From an uncultured virus (IMG/VR IMGVR_UViG_3300035698_026801) (taxonomy: Duplodnaviria > Heunggongvirae > Uroviricota > Caudoviricetes), in the IMG/VR virus record IMGVR_UViG_3300035698_026801: 20,000 nt of DNA. One strand, 5' to 3'. This document shows positions 9,289 to 16,786 of the stretch, piece after piece. The notes under the pieces are model-generated. The model saw nothing but the letters and a program-made list of their open reading frames with translations. It did not search any database and had not been told where the DNA came from. The stretch's first letter is position 1; each line of letters opens with the position of its first letter. The translations under genes and the position numbers were made by a program.

Positions 9289-10317
9289 ATGAAAAAAGTA
9301 TTATGTATGACTTTAGTGTTACTTTTATCTTTTTTCAATACAGGATTAATAAATGCTCAGGAGGATTATGACTCCTCCCGACCAATTTATTTTGATTCGA
9401 TTGAAGATCAAAAGTACATATTCCACGAATTAGATCAATTATATCCTTATCCTTCTGATTTTGAAATGGTAAAGAATATGTATGTTAAGAAATTTATTCT
9501 GCCAACGTCAGCTAAAATAACCGAAGAATACACAATGCAACCAGAATGGAGCGAAGGTTGGTCTCGCGACGCATTAACTAGAATTAGAGAAAGATATTCA
9601 ACTTATATTGGTTCTGGAACTGGAGAAAACCCAAAAGGAAGTTTAAGACCTCAAGTATGGTCTACAGAAATATATCCTGCAGATTTCTATTGGGGTATTC
9701 AAAATCTTTCAGCTAATTTAGGTAGTGAAAGATGTATGGAATTTACAACTTGGGTTAAAAACACAGAAGGACAAGAAGATTTTTTGGGAACAAAATTAAA
9801 TATATATTATCCAGAAACTGTAGAAACCAGATATAAAGGTGATTTTTTAGAAAATAAAACGGTAATTCAAGATCCTGAGTTCGTACAAAAATATATTACT
9901 ATGAAAATTAAAAATAATGATCAATTTACACTTGCGCCAACTTTCCCATATTATCATGTACAAAATGAAGACATACAATATAAAAAAGAAATTATGATGG
10001 AAGTTTGTGTTAAAAAGAATATACCAGATGGTTTTTATATAATTGGGTTTAAATCAGAAAAACCATCTATAGATTATGCTAGAGTTCAATATGAAAAATA
10101 TAATTTACATTACACAGACCCAAACTTTGAATTCTATACAACCCCCGCAAAATATCACCTATTTGTTCAAATAGACAATACGGGAGGAGTTACCTCTTCT
10201 TTAAACCTTATTTGGTATATTATTGGTGGTTTTGTTGGCCTTGTCAGTATTGGAATAGGTATAAAATTCCTTCTCAGTAAAAAGGGAGGTATAAAAATAA
10301 AAAAAGGTAATAGGTAG
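9289..10317 (+). CDS. Secreted, C-terminally anchored membrane protein (hypothetical)
   Basis: Signal peptide ending LINA, C-terminal TM (LIWYIIGGFVGLVSIGIGIKFLL) and basic tail; RBS GAGGT. Confidence 0.85.
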   Translation: MKKVLCMTLVLLLSFFNTGLINAQEDYDSSRPIYFDSIEDQKYIFHELDQLYPYPSDFEMVKNMYVKKFILPTSAKITEEYTMQPEWSEGWSRDALTRIRERYSTYIGSGTGENPKGSLRPQVWSTEIYPADFYWGIQNLSANLGSERCMEFTTWVKNTEGQEDFLGTKLNIYYPETVETRYKGDFLENKTVIQDPEFVQKYITMKIKNNDQFTLAPTFPYYHVQNEDIQYKKEIMMEVCVKKNIPDGFYIIGFKSEKPSIDYARVQYEKYNLHYTDPNFEFYTTPAKYHLFVQIDNTGGVTSSLNLIWYIIGGFVGLVSIGIGIKFLLSKKGGIKIKKGNR

Positions 10318-10319
10318 AT

Positions 10320-10973
10320 ATGATTAAAATATTACCTATTTTACTATTTATTTTGTTTCTTCCGTCTATTTTTGGAGTTTCAGAAGCGGTTTATGGAACA
10401 ATTTATTTCACGCCTTATGCATCACACACGGATTATTATCTCATTGTAAAACCAAATATTGATCAGGGATTTGTGCCCAATACAGAAAATAATATTACAG
10501 TTCAGGTATGGAAACAACACATTTCTAGACCACCAGAATACCCGGGCGCTTATGTCACATATGAATACGCCGACGTTACAGGTAATTTAACGTTACCTAA
10601 CGGTACAATTATTGAAAACATTTCATTTAGTAACTCTAACGATGGAAATTATACGTATTCTTATGACTTTTTGAATGATGGAAAATATATTCTAACATTT
10701 AAAGCAGATAATGCGACCGTAGGTTATACCCAATCTAGAAGTTACATTTATGTTGATAAAATTAATGACGCATCTTATAATTTTGATATCGAAGAAGTTC
10801 CAATTAAAGAAGTAGATCTAAGAACTCAAACTTTGTTTCGCATTCCGTTATGGATCTGGATAGTGATTATTCTATTGGTCATTACATCACTAGGTTTTGC
10901 AGTTAAGAAATACAAAGGTAGGTTCAAGTTTATGGTATTCAAATGGTTTAGATTGAAGAAACAGAGCAACTAA
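10320..10973 (+). CDS. Single Ig-like-domain surface protein with C-terminal TM anchor
   Basis: Signal peptide, Ig-like pattern (LTLPNG...DGNYTYSY...DGKYILTFKA), TM (LWIWIVIILLVITSLGFAV) and basic tail. Confidence 0.85.
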   Translation: MIKILPILLFILFLPSIFGVSEAVYGTIYFTPYASHTDYYLIVKPNIDQGFVPNTENNITVQVWKQHISRPPEYPGAYVTYEYADVTGNLTLPNGTIIENISFSNSNDGNYTYSYDFLNDGKYILTFKADNATVGYTQSRSYIYVDKINDASYNFDIEEVPIKEVDLRTQTLFRIPLWIWIVIILLVITSLGFAVKKYKGRFKFMVFKWFRLKKQSN

Positions 10974-10998
10974 AGTTAAGATTTATGATAACTAAGTT

Positions 10999-11715
10999 TT
11001 AGCAACTTATAGGAAACTGATAATAGGTATTAGTTTTGCTCGCATTCCTTTCTTCCCAATATTGGTAAGCACATTGTAGCAATAATTTAACATAAAATCC
11101 AAACTCAATTAATATTACTGCCAAAATACAGGAATAAATAACAAAGTCCCATGAAAACATAGATAGGATCACATTTAATTCGGCAGTCCATTCTGAAAAG
11201 ACGTATAAACTGCATAACATCAAAATAAAAGTTAATATCCCATTGAAAATATTTCTCCATTTTAATCTTTTGAAAGGTCTAGCCCATAAAAAGACTATCG
11301 AAACATAAGTTAGCATAGCCAATACAAGAATTTCGTAAATCATGTAAGCCGTTTTGAATTTTAAATGGCCCATTTCGTGTAATATTACCTCCTTACTAGT
11401 TACAACATTACGGTTTAAATAGATTTTTGAAGGATCATCTGGATAAACGAACCCATTTACATAGTCACTATCAAATACAATTATTTCAACGTCGCCTTTT
11501 AAATCTACCTCTTGGGATAACGTTTTGGTATCTAATTTGTCACTCATGTTTATAGTTGAAAAATTAAATTCATCCCAATCTTCCGGGAACGCGTAGGAAT
11601 TTAATATTCTATTAACACTTGTAAGCATTCCAGGAGATAAATGTAAAATTATTGAAAATATAAAAATTACGCTCAATAATCTTAAAACTATTATTTTCTT
11701 GTTAAATTTTACCAT
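10999..11715 (-). CDS. Membrane-bound zinc metallopeptidase-like protein (HExxH)
   Basis: VNGFV...IYLN...VILHEMGH zincin signature, downstream E-x-x-A-E (SEWTAE), about four hydrophobic segments. Start placed at ATG 11715 behind GGAGAGG. Confidence 0.7.
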   Translation of the reverse strand: MVKFNKKIIVLRLLSVIFIFSIILHLSPGMLTSVNRILNSYAFPEDWDEFNFSTINMSDKLDTKTLSQEVDLKGDVEIIVFDSDYVNGFVYPDDPSKIYLNRNVVTSKEVILHEMGHLKFKTAYMIYEILVLAMLTYVSIVFLWARPFKRLKWRNIFNGILTFILMLCSLYVFSEWTAELNVILSMFSWDFVIYSCILAVILIEFGFYVKLLLQCAYQYWEERNASKTNTYYQFPISC

Positions 11716-12029
11716 TCTATTCCTCTCCACAATTTATATGTTACTGTAGTCATTTTTTCAACGTCTTTTTCAGTTGGATGTACCAAAATATTTTTTAAAG
11801 TTTCTTCTAAAGCCAAATATAGAAAAACTCTACCAATAGTTTCTGGTTTTAGTTTTTCTTGAATTGCAATCTTTATCTTTTCTTCCGCAATTTTGTAATA
11901 ATTTCGTATTACTCTTTCATGAAATTCTGAATTAAGATACAATTTCTGTTTAGATTTTTTAATGATTCCATAAAGCGTTAAATCATTTACTAGATATGTT
12001 TGAGTTATGGCATCTAATTCAAAACTCAT
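11709..12029 (-). CDS. Hypothetical protein
   Basis: Open frame overlapping both neighbours; ATG at 12029 preceded by GGTGA. Confidence 0.7.
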   Translation of the reverse strand: MSFELDAITQTYLVNDLTLYGIIKKSKQKLYLNSEFHERVIRNYYKIAEEKIKIAIQEKLKPETIGRVFLYLALEETLKNILVHPTEKDVEKMTTVTYKLWRGIEW

Positions 12030-12261
12030 TTCTTTCACCAACCAACCATAAAATTATCAAAGCTCCAACCACACTTATTACCAAAGCAAAGTATAACCAA
12101 AAATGATACACAATCTGACAGTTATACTGCGCCCAGCCGTTCTGTAGGATACAATAGTCCTTTGGAGCCATAGTTAACTCGTTCATCCACGCAAAAGAAA
12201 ACGTTACAACTACCTGAAGTAGTGCGAATGCTTTAATTATTAGTCTAATTGCTTTATTCAT
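12019..12261 (-). CDS. Small two-TM membrane protein
   Basis: Two hydrophobic segments flanking a loop with two Cys; ATG 12261 overlaps the end of the upstream gene. Confidence 0.7.
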   Translation of the reverse strand: MNKAIRLIIKAFALLQVVVTFSFAWMNELTMAPKDYCILQNGWAQYNCQIVYHFWLYFALVISVVGALIILWLVGERNEF

Positions 12262-12472
12262 TATATTCGTCCAATTTATCTGCAATAGCGCGTAATTCTG
12301 CAGAAGCTAGGCAATGTGTTCTATCTAAATGCATAGCATAACCAAAGTTTTTTACTAACTTTAACTTTACTGTTGTGTATTGTAACCAATTTTTTGAATC
12401 GGTTAATCTAACATATAGCTTATTCTTATATGTAGGAAGAACGTCTAATGTTTCTGCTTCTTTTACTGTCAT
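12254..12472 (-). CDS. Hypothetical protein (MTVKEAE..., 72 aa)
   Basis: ORF-track start at 12493 lies inside the tRNA; first ATG (12472) begins immediately after the tRNA discriminator base. C-terminal AELRAIADKLDE resembles small virus-type proteins. Confidence 0.65.
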   Translation of the reverse strand: MTVKEAETLDVLPTYKNKLYVRLTDSKNWLQYTTVKLKLVKNFGYAMHLDRTHCLASAELRAIADKLDEYNE

Positions 12473-12546
12473 TAGCAGCAAACGGAATTGCACCGCTCTC
12501 TCCAGGTTATGAGCCAGGTATGTTTTAACTACTACACTATGCTGCT
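12473..12546 (-). tRNA. tRNA with CAT anticodon (Met, initiator-like; non-canonical)
   Basis: Minus strand folds: acceptor AGCAGCA/TGCTGCT + A73; D stem GTGT/ACAT; anticodon arm CCTGG-CTCATAA-CCTGG (one U-U mismatch); T arm AGCGG-TGCAATT-CCGTT; no encoded CCA. Confidence 0.85.
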
Positions 12547-12549
12547 ATC

Positions 12550-13395
12550 CTATAACTTTAAGTCTGGACCATATTTGGATAATACTCCTTTTTTAGCTAG
12601 TTTCTGTGCTAAATGGATGTAGATCTCCGTGGTTTTTACGTTATCGTGTCCCAAATAGATTCTTAACTCTTCTTTAATGTCTGCATCACTGAATTTTCTT
12701 GCACTTAATCTTATTGCCCAATTTGTCGAAAAACTGTGTCTAAGAGTGTGAGGTGAGATCTCTTCACCAATTTCTTTTCCAAGCTTCTTAATAATTTGAT
12801 AAATTCTGCTATCTGAAACTTTGAAAATTAGTTCCTTCTCTTTTCCCTTTAGTTTTACCAATAGATCTTCTGAGGCAGAAAATTCGACCTTTCTGCTCGA
12901 AGTTTTTGAAATTCTTCCAGGAATCCAAATACTTTTCTTCTCAAAGTTAATCATGCCCCAGGTTAATTGAGCAAGTTCTCCTCTACGGCATGCCGTTTCA
13001 TAAGATAATATTATCAGAAGTTTGTCTCGATCCGTTTTCGCTAATCGATACATCATTTGTACTTGCTCAGGAGATACAATAGAAATGTCCCTCTTTCCGC
13101 CTTTTTTAACATTAAGGCGTTTTATTCGAGTAATTAACAAATCACTCTCGTTTATTAGGGTTATATCGCTAGTTTTAGTCTGGAGAAAGGTGATATACTT
13201 AATAAACGCAGACTGAACCGCGACAGTTGGAATTACCCCAAATTTCTGAACTATTTTTATATTTTGGGATAATCCATTCTCTAAATTAATGGGCTTTTTT
13301 AATCTCTGAATGTACCTCCTGTACATATCAGCCGTTTTAGGTCTAAGATTAATTCTAGCCCAAGTTTCAAATTCATCTAAATGTTGTTTAAACAT
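12550..13395 (-). CDS. Tyrosine recombinase/integrase (XerA/XerC-like)
   Basis: Full catalytic set: ETACRRGEL (R), SKT (K), PHTLRH (HxxR), LGH, TTEIY (Y); N-terminal PKTADMY SAM-like helix. Start at ATG 13395 behind AAGGAGGT. Confidence 0.93.
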   Translation of the reverse strand: MFKQHLDEFETWARINLRPKTADMYRRYIQRLKKPINLENGLSQNIKIVQKFGVIPTVAVQSAFIKYITFLQTKTSDITLINESDLLITRIKRLNVKKGGKRDISIVSPEQVQMMYRLAKTDRDKLLIILSYETACRRGELAQLTWGMINFEKKSIWIPGRISKTSSRKVEFSASEDLLVKLKGKEKELIFKVSDSRIYQIIKKLGKEIGEEISPHTLRHSFSTNWAIRLSARKFSDADIKEELRIYLGHDNVKTTEIYIHLAQKLAKKGVLSKYGPDLKL

Positions 13396-13408
13396 GAATT
13401 TTACCTCC

Positions 13409-14092
13409 TTACCCACTCTCAAAAGATGATTCTAAGTCTAGGTTATCTTCTGGGTGCAAATCATTAAGCACTTCATCATATCCATTCCCAAGTTTTTTTT
13501 CAAGTAATAACCAAAAAAATTGTTCTAATACTTTGCGCAAATAATAAAATGTAACCTTATCAAAATGCACAACCGGACGAAGCCCAAGTTCTTTTTGTAT
13601 TTGTTCTATATGAGTAAATAAATAATCAATATTTTTTTTAGAAAAACTAAATGAAAACATAATATCTTTTTCGTTTTCAAATCCCCCATTCAATTCGTGA
13701 ATCTGCAATACAGAGATTTCAGAAATCCCCAATATTTTAGAAATTTCAGTAATAGATTTATGTTGGACATCAAATCTTTGAATAATATTCTTGGCCTCAT
13801 CAAAATTAATCAACCCCTTATACAAATTACATTGGAGATTCCATTTAGCACAATCCTCCATTGCTAATTTTGATTTAATAATACATGGCACTTCTTCCAT
13901 TTTTAATTCACGCGCAACAATCAATCTATGATTACCGTCTATTACCACATTGTCTTCAGAAACAATTAAAGGCTCAAATATGCCTTCAAGTTTAATGGAG
14001 TGTTTTAATTCGTTAAATTTGTCTTCTGACATATAATTCGTATTATTACGAAATAGTTTCAAATTATCTGTTTGTTTATATTTTATTTTCAT
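13409..14092 (-). CDS. ParB/Sulfiredoxin N-terminal-domain protein with following HTH
   Basis: LKHSIKLEGIFEPLIV...VIDGNHRLIVARELKMEEVPCII is the ParB/Srx signature; SITEISKILGISEISV is HTH-like. Confidence 0.85.
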   Translation of the reverse strand: MKIKYKQTDNLKLFRNNTNYMSEDKFNELKHSIKLEGIFEPLIVSEDNVVIDGNHRLIVARELKMEEVPCIIKSKLAMEDCAKWNLQCNLYKGLINFDEAKNIIQRFDVQHKSITEISKILGISEISVLQIHELNGGFENEKDIMFSFSFSKKNIDYLFTHIEQIQKELGLRPVVHFDKVTFYYLRKVLEQFFWLLLEKKLGNGYDEVLNDLHPEDNLDLESSFESG

Positions 14093-14154
14093 TGTTCCTC
14101 TTTAATTCCTTCTTTAATCTTATTTTCAGTTTCTTTATCACAATTAAATGTCAT
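14089..14154 (-). CDS. Possible 21-aa micro-ORF (MTFNCDKETENKIKEGIKEEQ)
   Basis: Fills the gap, stop overlaps the ParB start (ATGA), purine-rich AAGGGG upstream. Confidence 0.35.
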   Translation of the reverse strand: MTFNCDKETENKIKEGIKEEQ

Positions 14155-14156
14155 TT

Positions 14157-14338
14157 CTACCCCTTCTTTTGATCATCTAACTTTTTATTTTGTTTTTTCT
14201 TGGGTTTAACAAATTCTAAAAAACACCATAAAAAAGCCACTCTAAGAACTTGCCAAACTTGTTTGACAGATATATAAGTCCTACTAAAGCACAAATACCA
14301 TAAATAATCCACACCCACGTTGGCCAATCAAGTATCAT
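14157..14338 (-). pseudogene. Small membrane protein MILDWPTWVW..., apparently frameshifted in a T6 run
   Basis: RBS GGAGGT; frame stops at 14216-14218 after 40 aa, but one extra T would continue FLEFVKPKKKQNKKLDDQKKG to TAG 14157-14159, matching the tail of the adjacent ORF. Confidence 0.55.
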
Positions 14339-14481
14339 ATTTTAACCTCCGTCTTTAATTTTTTATCTTGTTTTTTCTTAGGTTTAACAACTTCTAAAAA
14401 AATCATTAAAATAACCCATAATGCTGTTGCTAATCCAAAACCTAAAATCATTCCATTTGCAAAGCAACCGAAATAACTCAT
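14335..14481 (-). CDS. 48-aa single-TM protein (MSYFGCFANGMILGFGLATALWVILMIFLEVVKPKKKQDKKLKTEVKI)
   Basis: Hand-translated; ATGA overlaps at both ends; hydrophobic helix plus basic tail. Confidence 0.7.
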   Translation of the reverse strand: MSYFGCFANGMILGFGLATALWVILMIFLEVVKPKKKQDKKLKTEVKI

Positions 14482-14597
14482 TTTTTCTTAGCTCCGGATT
14501 TATGTGAGTTACAAAACTTAGCTGTTTCGTCGCACGCATCCTCAATAACTTTTTTTAAGCCTTCAAAAACATATGATTTTCTTTTTGGGTTTTCCAT
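14478..14597 (-). CDS. 39-aa hypothetical protein (MENPKRKSYVFEGLKKVIEDACDETAKFCNSHKSGAKKK)
   Basis: Hand-translated; AAGGAG upstream; stop overlaps next start (ATGA); first gene of the leftward run. Confidence 0.6.
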   Translation of the reverse strand: MENPKRKSYVFEGLKKVIEDACDETAKFCNSHKSGAKKK

Positions 14598-14980
14598 TTT
14601 TAATTATCGCGCTCCTTAATACTAATATATTAATGAATTTCAGTACTTAAATACTTTTATATTCTAAATACCATACTTTAATTAAGTTAATTAAACTATG
14701 TAAGATAAAATCAATAAATGAAACTTAATCGTTTTTGGGATAAAAATGTGACCCAAATACCCTATATTAACTGCCCTCGGTATGGGTTAAAAAATACACA
14801 GAAACGTATATATAGATCAAAAGATAATCTATAGGTATTACTATGTCTGGTACGCATGGTTTTTCATTTAGTTTTTCACTCGATAGGTGAAATTAAAGGG
14901 GTTATAATAACCCCTCCCCTTTTCTTTTTTCAAAATAACTAAAAAACGAAACGTATAAATACTAACTTAATTAAGTTATG
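14598..14980. promoter_or_regulatory. Divergent promoter/operator region
   Basis: Large non-coding gap between divergent gene runs; GAAACGTATATATA (~14801-14814) and GAAACGTATAAATA (14948-14961) fit BRE+TATA; AAAAGTATTTAAG on minus strand (~14646-14658); palindromes at 14677-14695 and 14963-14978. Confidence 0.65.
14897..14930 (+). terminator. Hairpin followed by pyrimidine/T tract
   Basis: AGGGGTTA-TAA-TAACCCCT (8-bp stem) followed by CCCCTTTTCTTTTTT. Confidence 0.5.
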
Positions 14981-15271
14981 TATAGAATGACTAAAAACGA
15001 GAAAACATCATTAAAGAAAAGTTCTTATAAAATAAAGTTGAATAAAGAAGTTCTAAAAATCATTGCTAAAAAGTCTCCAATATCTCAATGGGACCTTGCA
15101 ATTTTCTTGAAAGAACTTCCAGAATATAAGGATAAAGAAATCAAAACACTTCGCGCATATGTTTCGTCAAGTGCAGCAGATTTAGAAAAAATGAAACAAA
15201 TCACAAGAACTGATGATTTTACCGGGAAGGGATCCATTCCAAAGAAGATTTGCGAGGTTTTAAAAAAATGA
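14978..15271 (+). CDS. Putative winged-helix DNA-binding protein
   Basis: Basic ~95-aa protein, pattern VLKII..KSPISQWDLA...TLRAYVSSSAADLEKMKQITR plus wing; first gene behind a TATA box and palindrome (ATG 14987 is an alternative, leaderless start). Confidence 0.65.
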   Translation: MYRMTKNEKTSLKKSSYKIKLNKEVLKIIAKKSPISQWDLAIFLKELPEYKDKEIKTLRAYVSSSAADLEKMKQITRTDDFTGKGSIPKKICEVLKK

Positions 15272-15681
15272 TATTACAAAATTTTAATCAATTACTTGAA
15301 TCTTTAAATCACAATAATTTAGACGAATTGTGTGAAGTATTCAAAACAATGACGGGGGACGCTAAAATCGTTTTTCCGAATAAAGGCGCAATTATACCAC
15401 AAAAAGACAAGAATGGAAACCTTGTTTTAGACAAAAACAGAAACATTATTTTAAAATTTGAATTAGAAATGGATTTTATAAGTGAGAAATTAAAACATCC
15501 TATGTCAGGATATAAAATTAATAATATCCTTCTTAAATCCGCAGAAGTTGCAGAAACAACCGTTAAACGCGGTAAAAAAGAAAACGCTCAATTCTTCACT
15601 AAAACACACACAAACTTGAACTATATCGGAAAATATGGCACATATTTGTTTGAATGTGAAGAAGAACACCTTAATAATTAA
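15268..15681 (+). CDS. Hypothetical protein
   Basis: ATG 15268 overlaps the upstream stop (ATGA) with GAGGT RBS. Confidence 0.75.
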   Translation: MILQNFNQLLESLNHNNLDELCEVFKTMTGDAKIVFPNKGAIIPQKDKNGNLVLDKNRNIILKFELEMDFISEKLKHPMSGYKINNILLKSAEVAETTVKRGKKENAQFFTKTHTNLNYIGKYGTYLFECEEEHLNN

Positions 15682-15694
15682 CAGGAGACTAAAA

Positions 15695-15820
15695 ATGAAT
15701 CCAAGACCGGATCTAGATACAAGAAAAACAGACGATATAGTTGTAAAACTAAATCCAATCAATGAGAACGAAGTAGAACTCGTTCTTCAAAATATTCCTA
15801 TGCAAAATCGAGATGAATAA
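15695..15820 (+). CDS. 41-aa hypothetical protein (MNPRPDLDTRK...)
   Basis: AGGAG RBS before ATG 15695; fills gap in operon. Confidence 0.55.
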   Translation: MNPRPDLDTRKTDDIVVKLNPINENEVELVLQNIPMQNRDE

Positions 15821-15823
15821 ATT

Positions 15824-16147
15824 ATGGAAAAAGCAATATCATTTATTTTTATTATAGCATATTGTATTGCACTTGGTTTTGTAATTTTTGCCGTTATAAA
15901 CCTTATTTTTACTACCAGCATAATTCCTGTAACACAATATCGGGAAGATCAAACGCTATATGGTAAAACAAATTTATTTGAGATAGTATTCAATAGAGAT
16001 TGCCTACGAGTTTTTGTGCCAAAAACATATAATTGGACAATATCAAAATACAATGAACCACTTTGGGTATCCGAAGTAGATTGTGCTGCAGGAACTAGAA
16101 TTGGCAAATCTAGTAGACCTTCAAAGAATTTGGGTGATAAAAGATGA
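15824..16147 (+). CDS. Single-TM membrane protein
   Basis: N-terminal hydrophobic helix; stop overlaps next start. Confidence 0.7.
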   Translation: MEKAISFIFIIAYCIALGFVIFAVINLIFTTSIIPVTQYREDQTLYGKTNLFEIVFNRDCLRVFVPKTYNWTISKYNEPLWVSEVDCAAGTRIGKSSRPSKNLGDKR

Positions 16148-16401
16148 GTGAAAGATACTGGATTACTGGCGCGCAATTAGGATTATTAACTGTAAATGCT
16201 GGTCAATGTGCTAAAAAAATATTAAATAATATTATTGATACTCAATTTGTCGATAATATTCCGTTTGGACAAGATCCTAACTCTTTCGATTTTATAATGC
16301 AAAAAAAGATAGAAGTATTAAATACACGTAGGCAACCTAGTTCGGGTGTTGAACGCGGAAACTTCGTGAAACCTAGAAAAAGGATGGTGAAAAAGAAATG
16401 A
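16144..16401 (+). CDS. Hypothetical protein
   Basis: GGTGA RBS, ATGA coupling on both ends. Confidence 0.7.
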   Translation: MSERYWITGAQLGLLTVNAGQCAKKILNNIIDTQFVDNIPFGQDPNSFDFIMQKKIEVLNTRRQPSSGVERGNFVKPRKRMVKKK

Positions 16402-16574
16402 TCAAAGCAAGTGATTGTACGTGTATTACCTGCGAAAAACAAGCAGTAGCTTTTTGGCCAGTAATAGATCCAGATATACCTCAAAATCCATATTGTAGAA
16501 AACATTTAGATGAGGCTAAGAATAGGGTTATGGCAAAGATTTTCAAAATAGATAACGAGAAGGTGAAAAAATGA
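16398..16574 (+). CDS. 58-aa zinc-finger-like protein, missed by ORF track
   Basis: MIKASDCTCITCEKQAVAFWPVIDPDIPQNPYCRKHLDEAKNRVMAKIFKIDNEKVKK: CxxC...CxxH; GGTGA RBS; ATGA overlaps at both ends. Confidence 0.75.
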   Translation: MIKASDCTCITCEKQAVAFWPVIDPDIPQNPYCRKHLDEAKNRVMAKIFKIDNEKVKK

Positions 16575-16786
16575 AACCAAAAAAATATTGTAAATGGTGC
16601 AATAACCCGATATTTATCGCAACGTCTACGTTTGCTAAACTGGACTTATGTGTAAATTGTCATATGGCCTATCTAGAAGGATTGCGTGGTGAACCAGAAA
16701 TAATTAAAGTAATTTTCAGAAATATTAACAAAACAGAAATAGAGATTTGGCCTATTGTATTGGCTTATCGAGGGTGCAAATCATGA
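16571..16786 (+). CDS. Small CxxC-CxxC zinc-finger protein
   Basis: CKWC...CVNC; AGGTGA RBS; ATGA coupling. Confidence 0.75.
   Translation: MKPKKYCKWCNNPIFIATSTFAKLDLCVNCHMAYLEGLRGEPEIIKVIFRNINKTEIEIWPIVLAYRGCKS

Noticed and set aside
15376..15390. TAAAGGCGCA as the missing 3' end of tRNA-Asp
   Set aside because: Preceded by CCGAA, not a strand able to pair with GTGGG, no T-loop, and inside a CDS.
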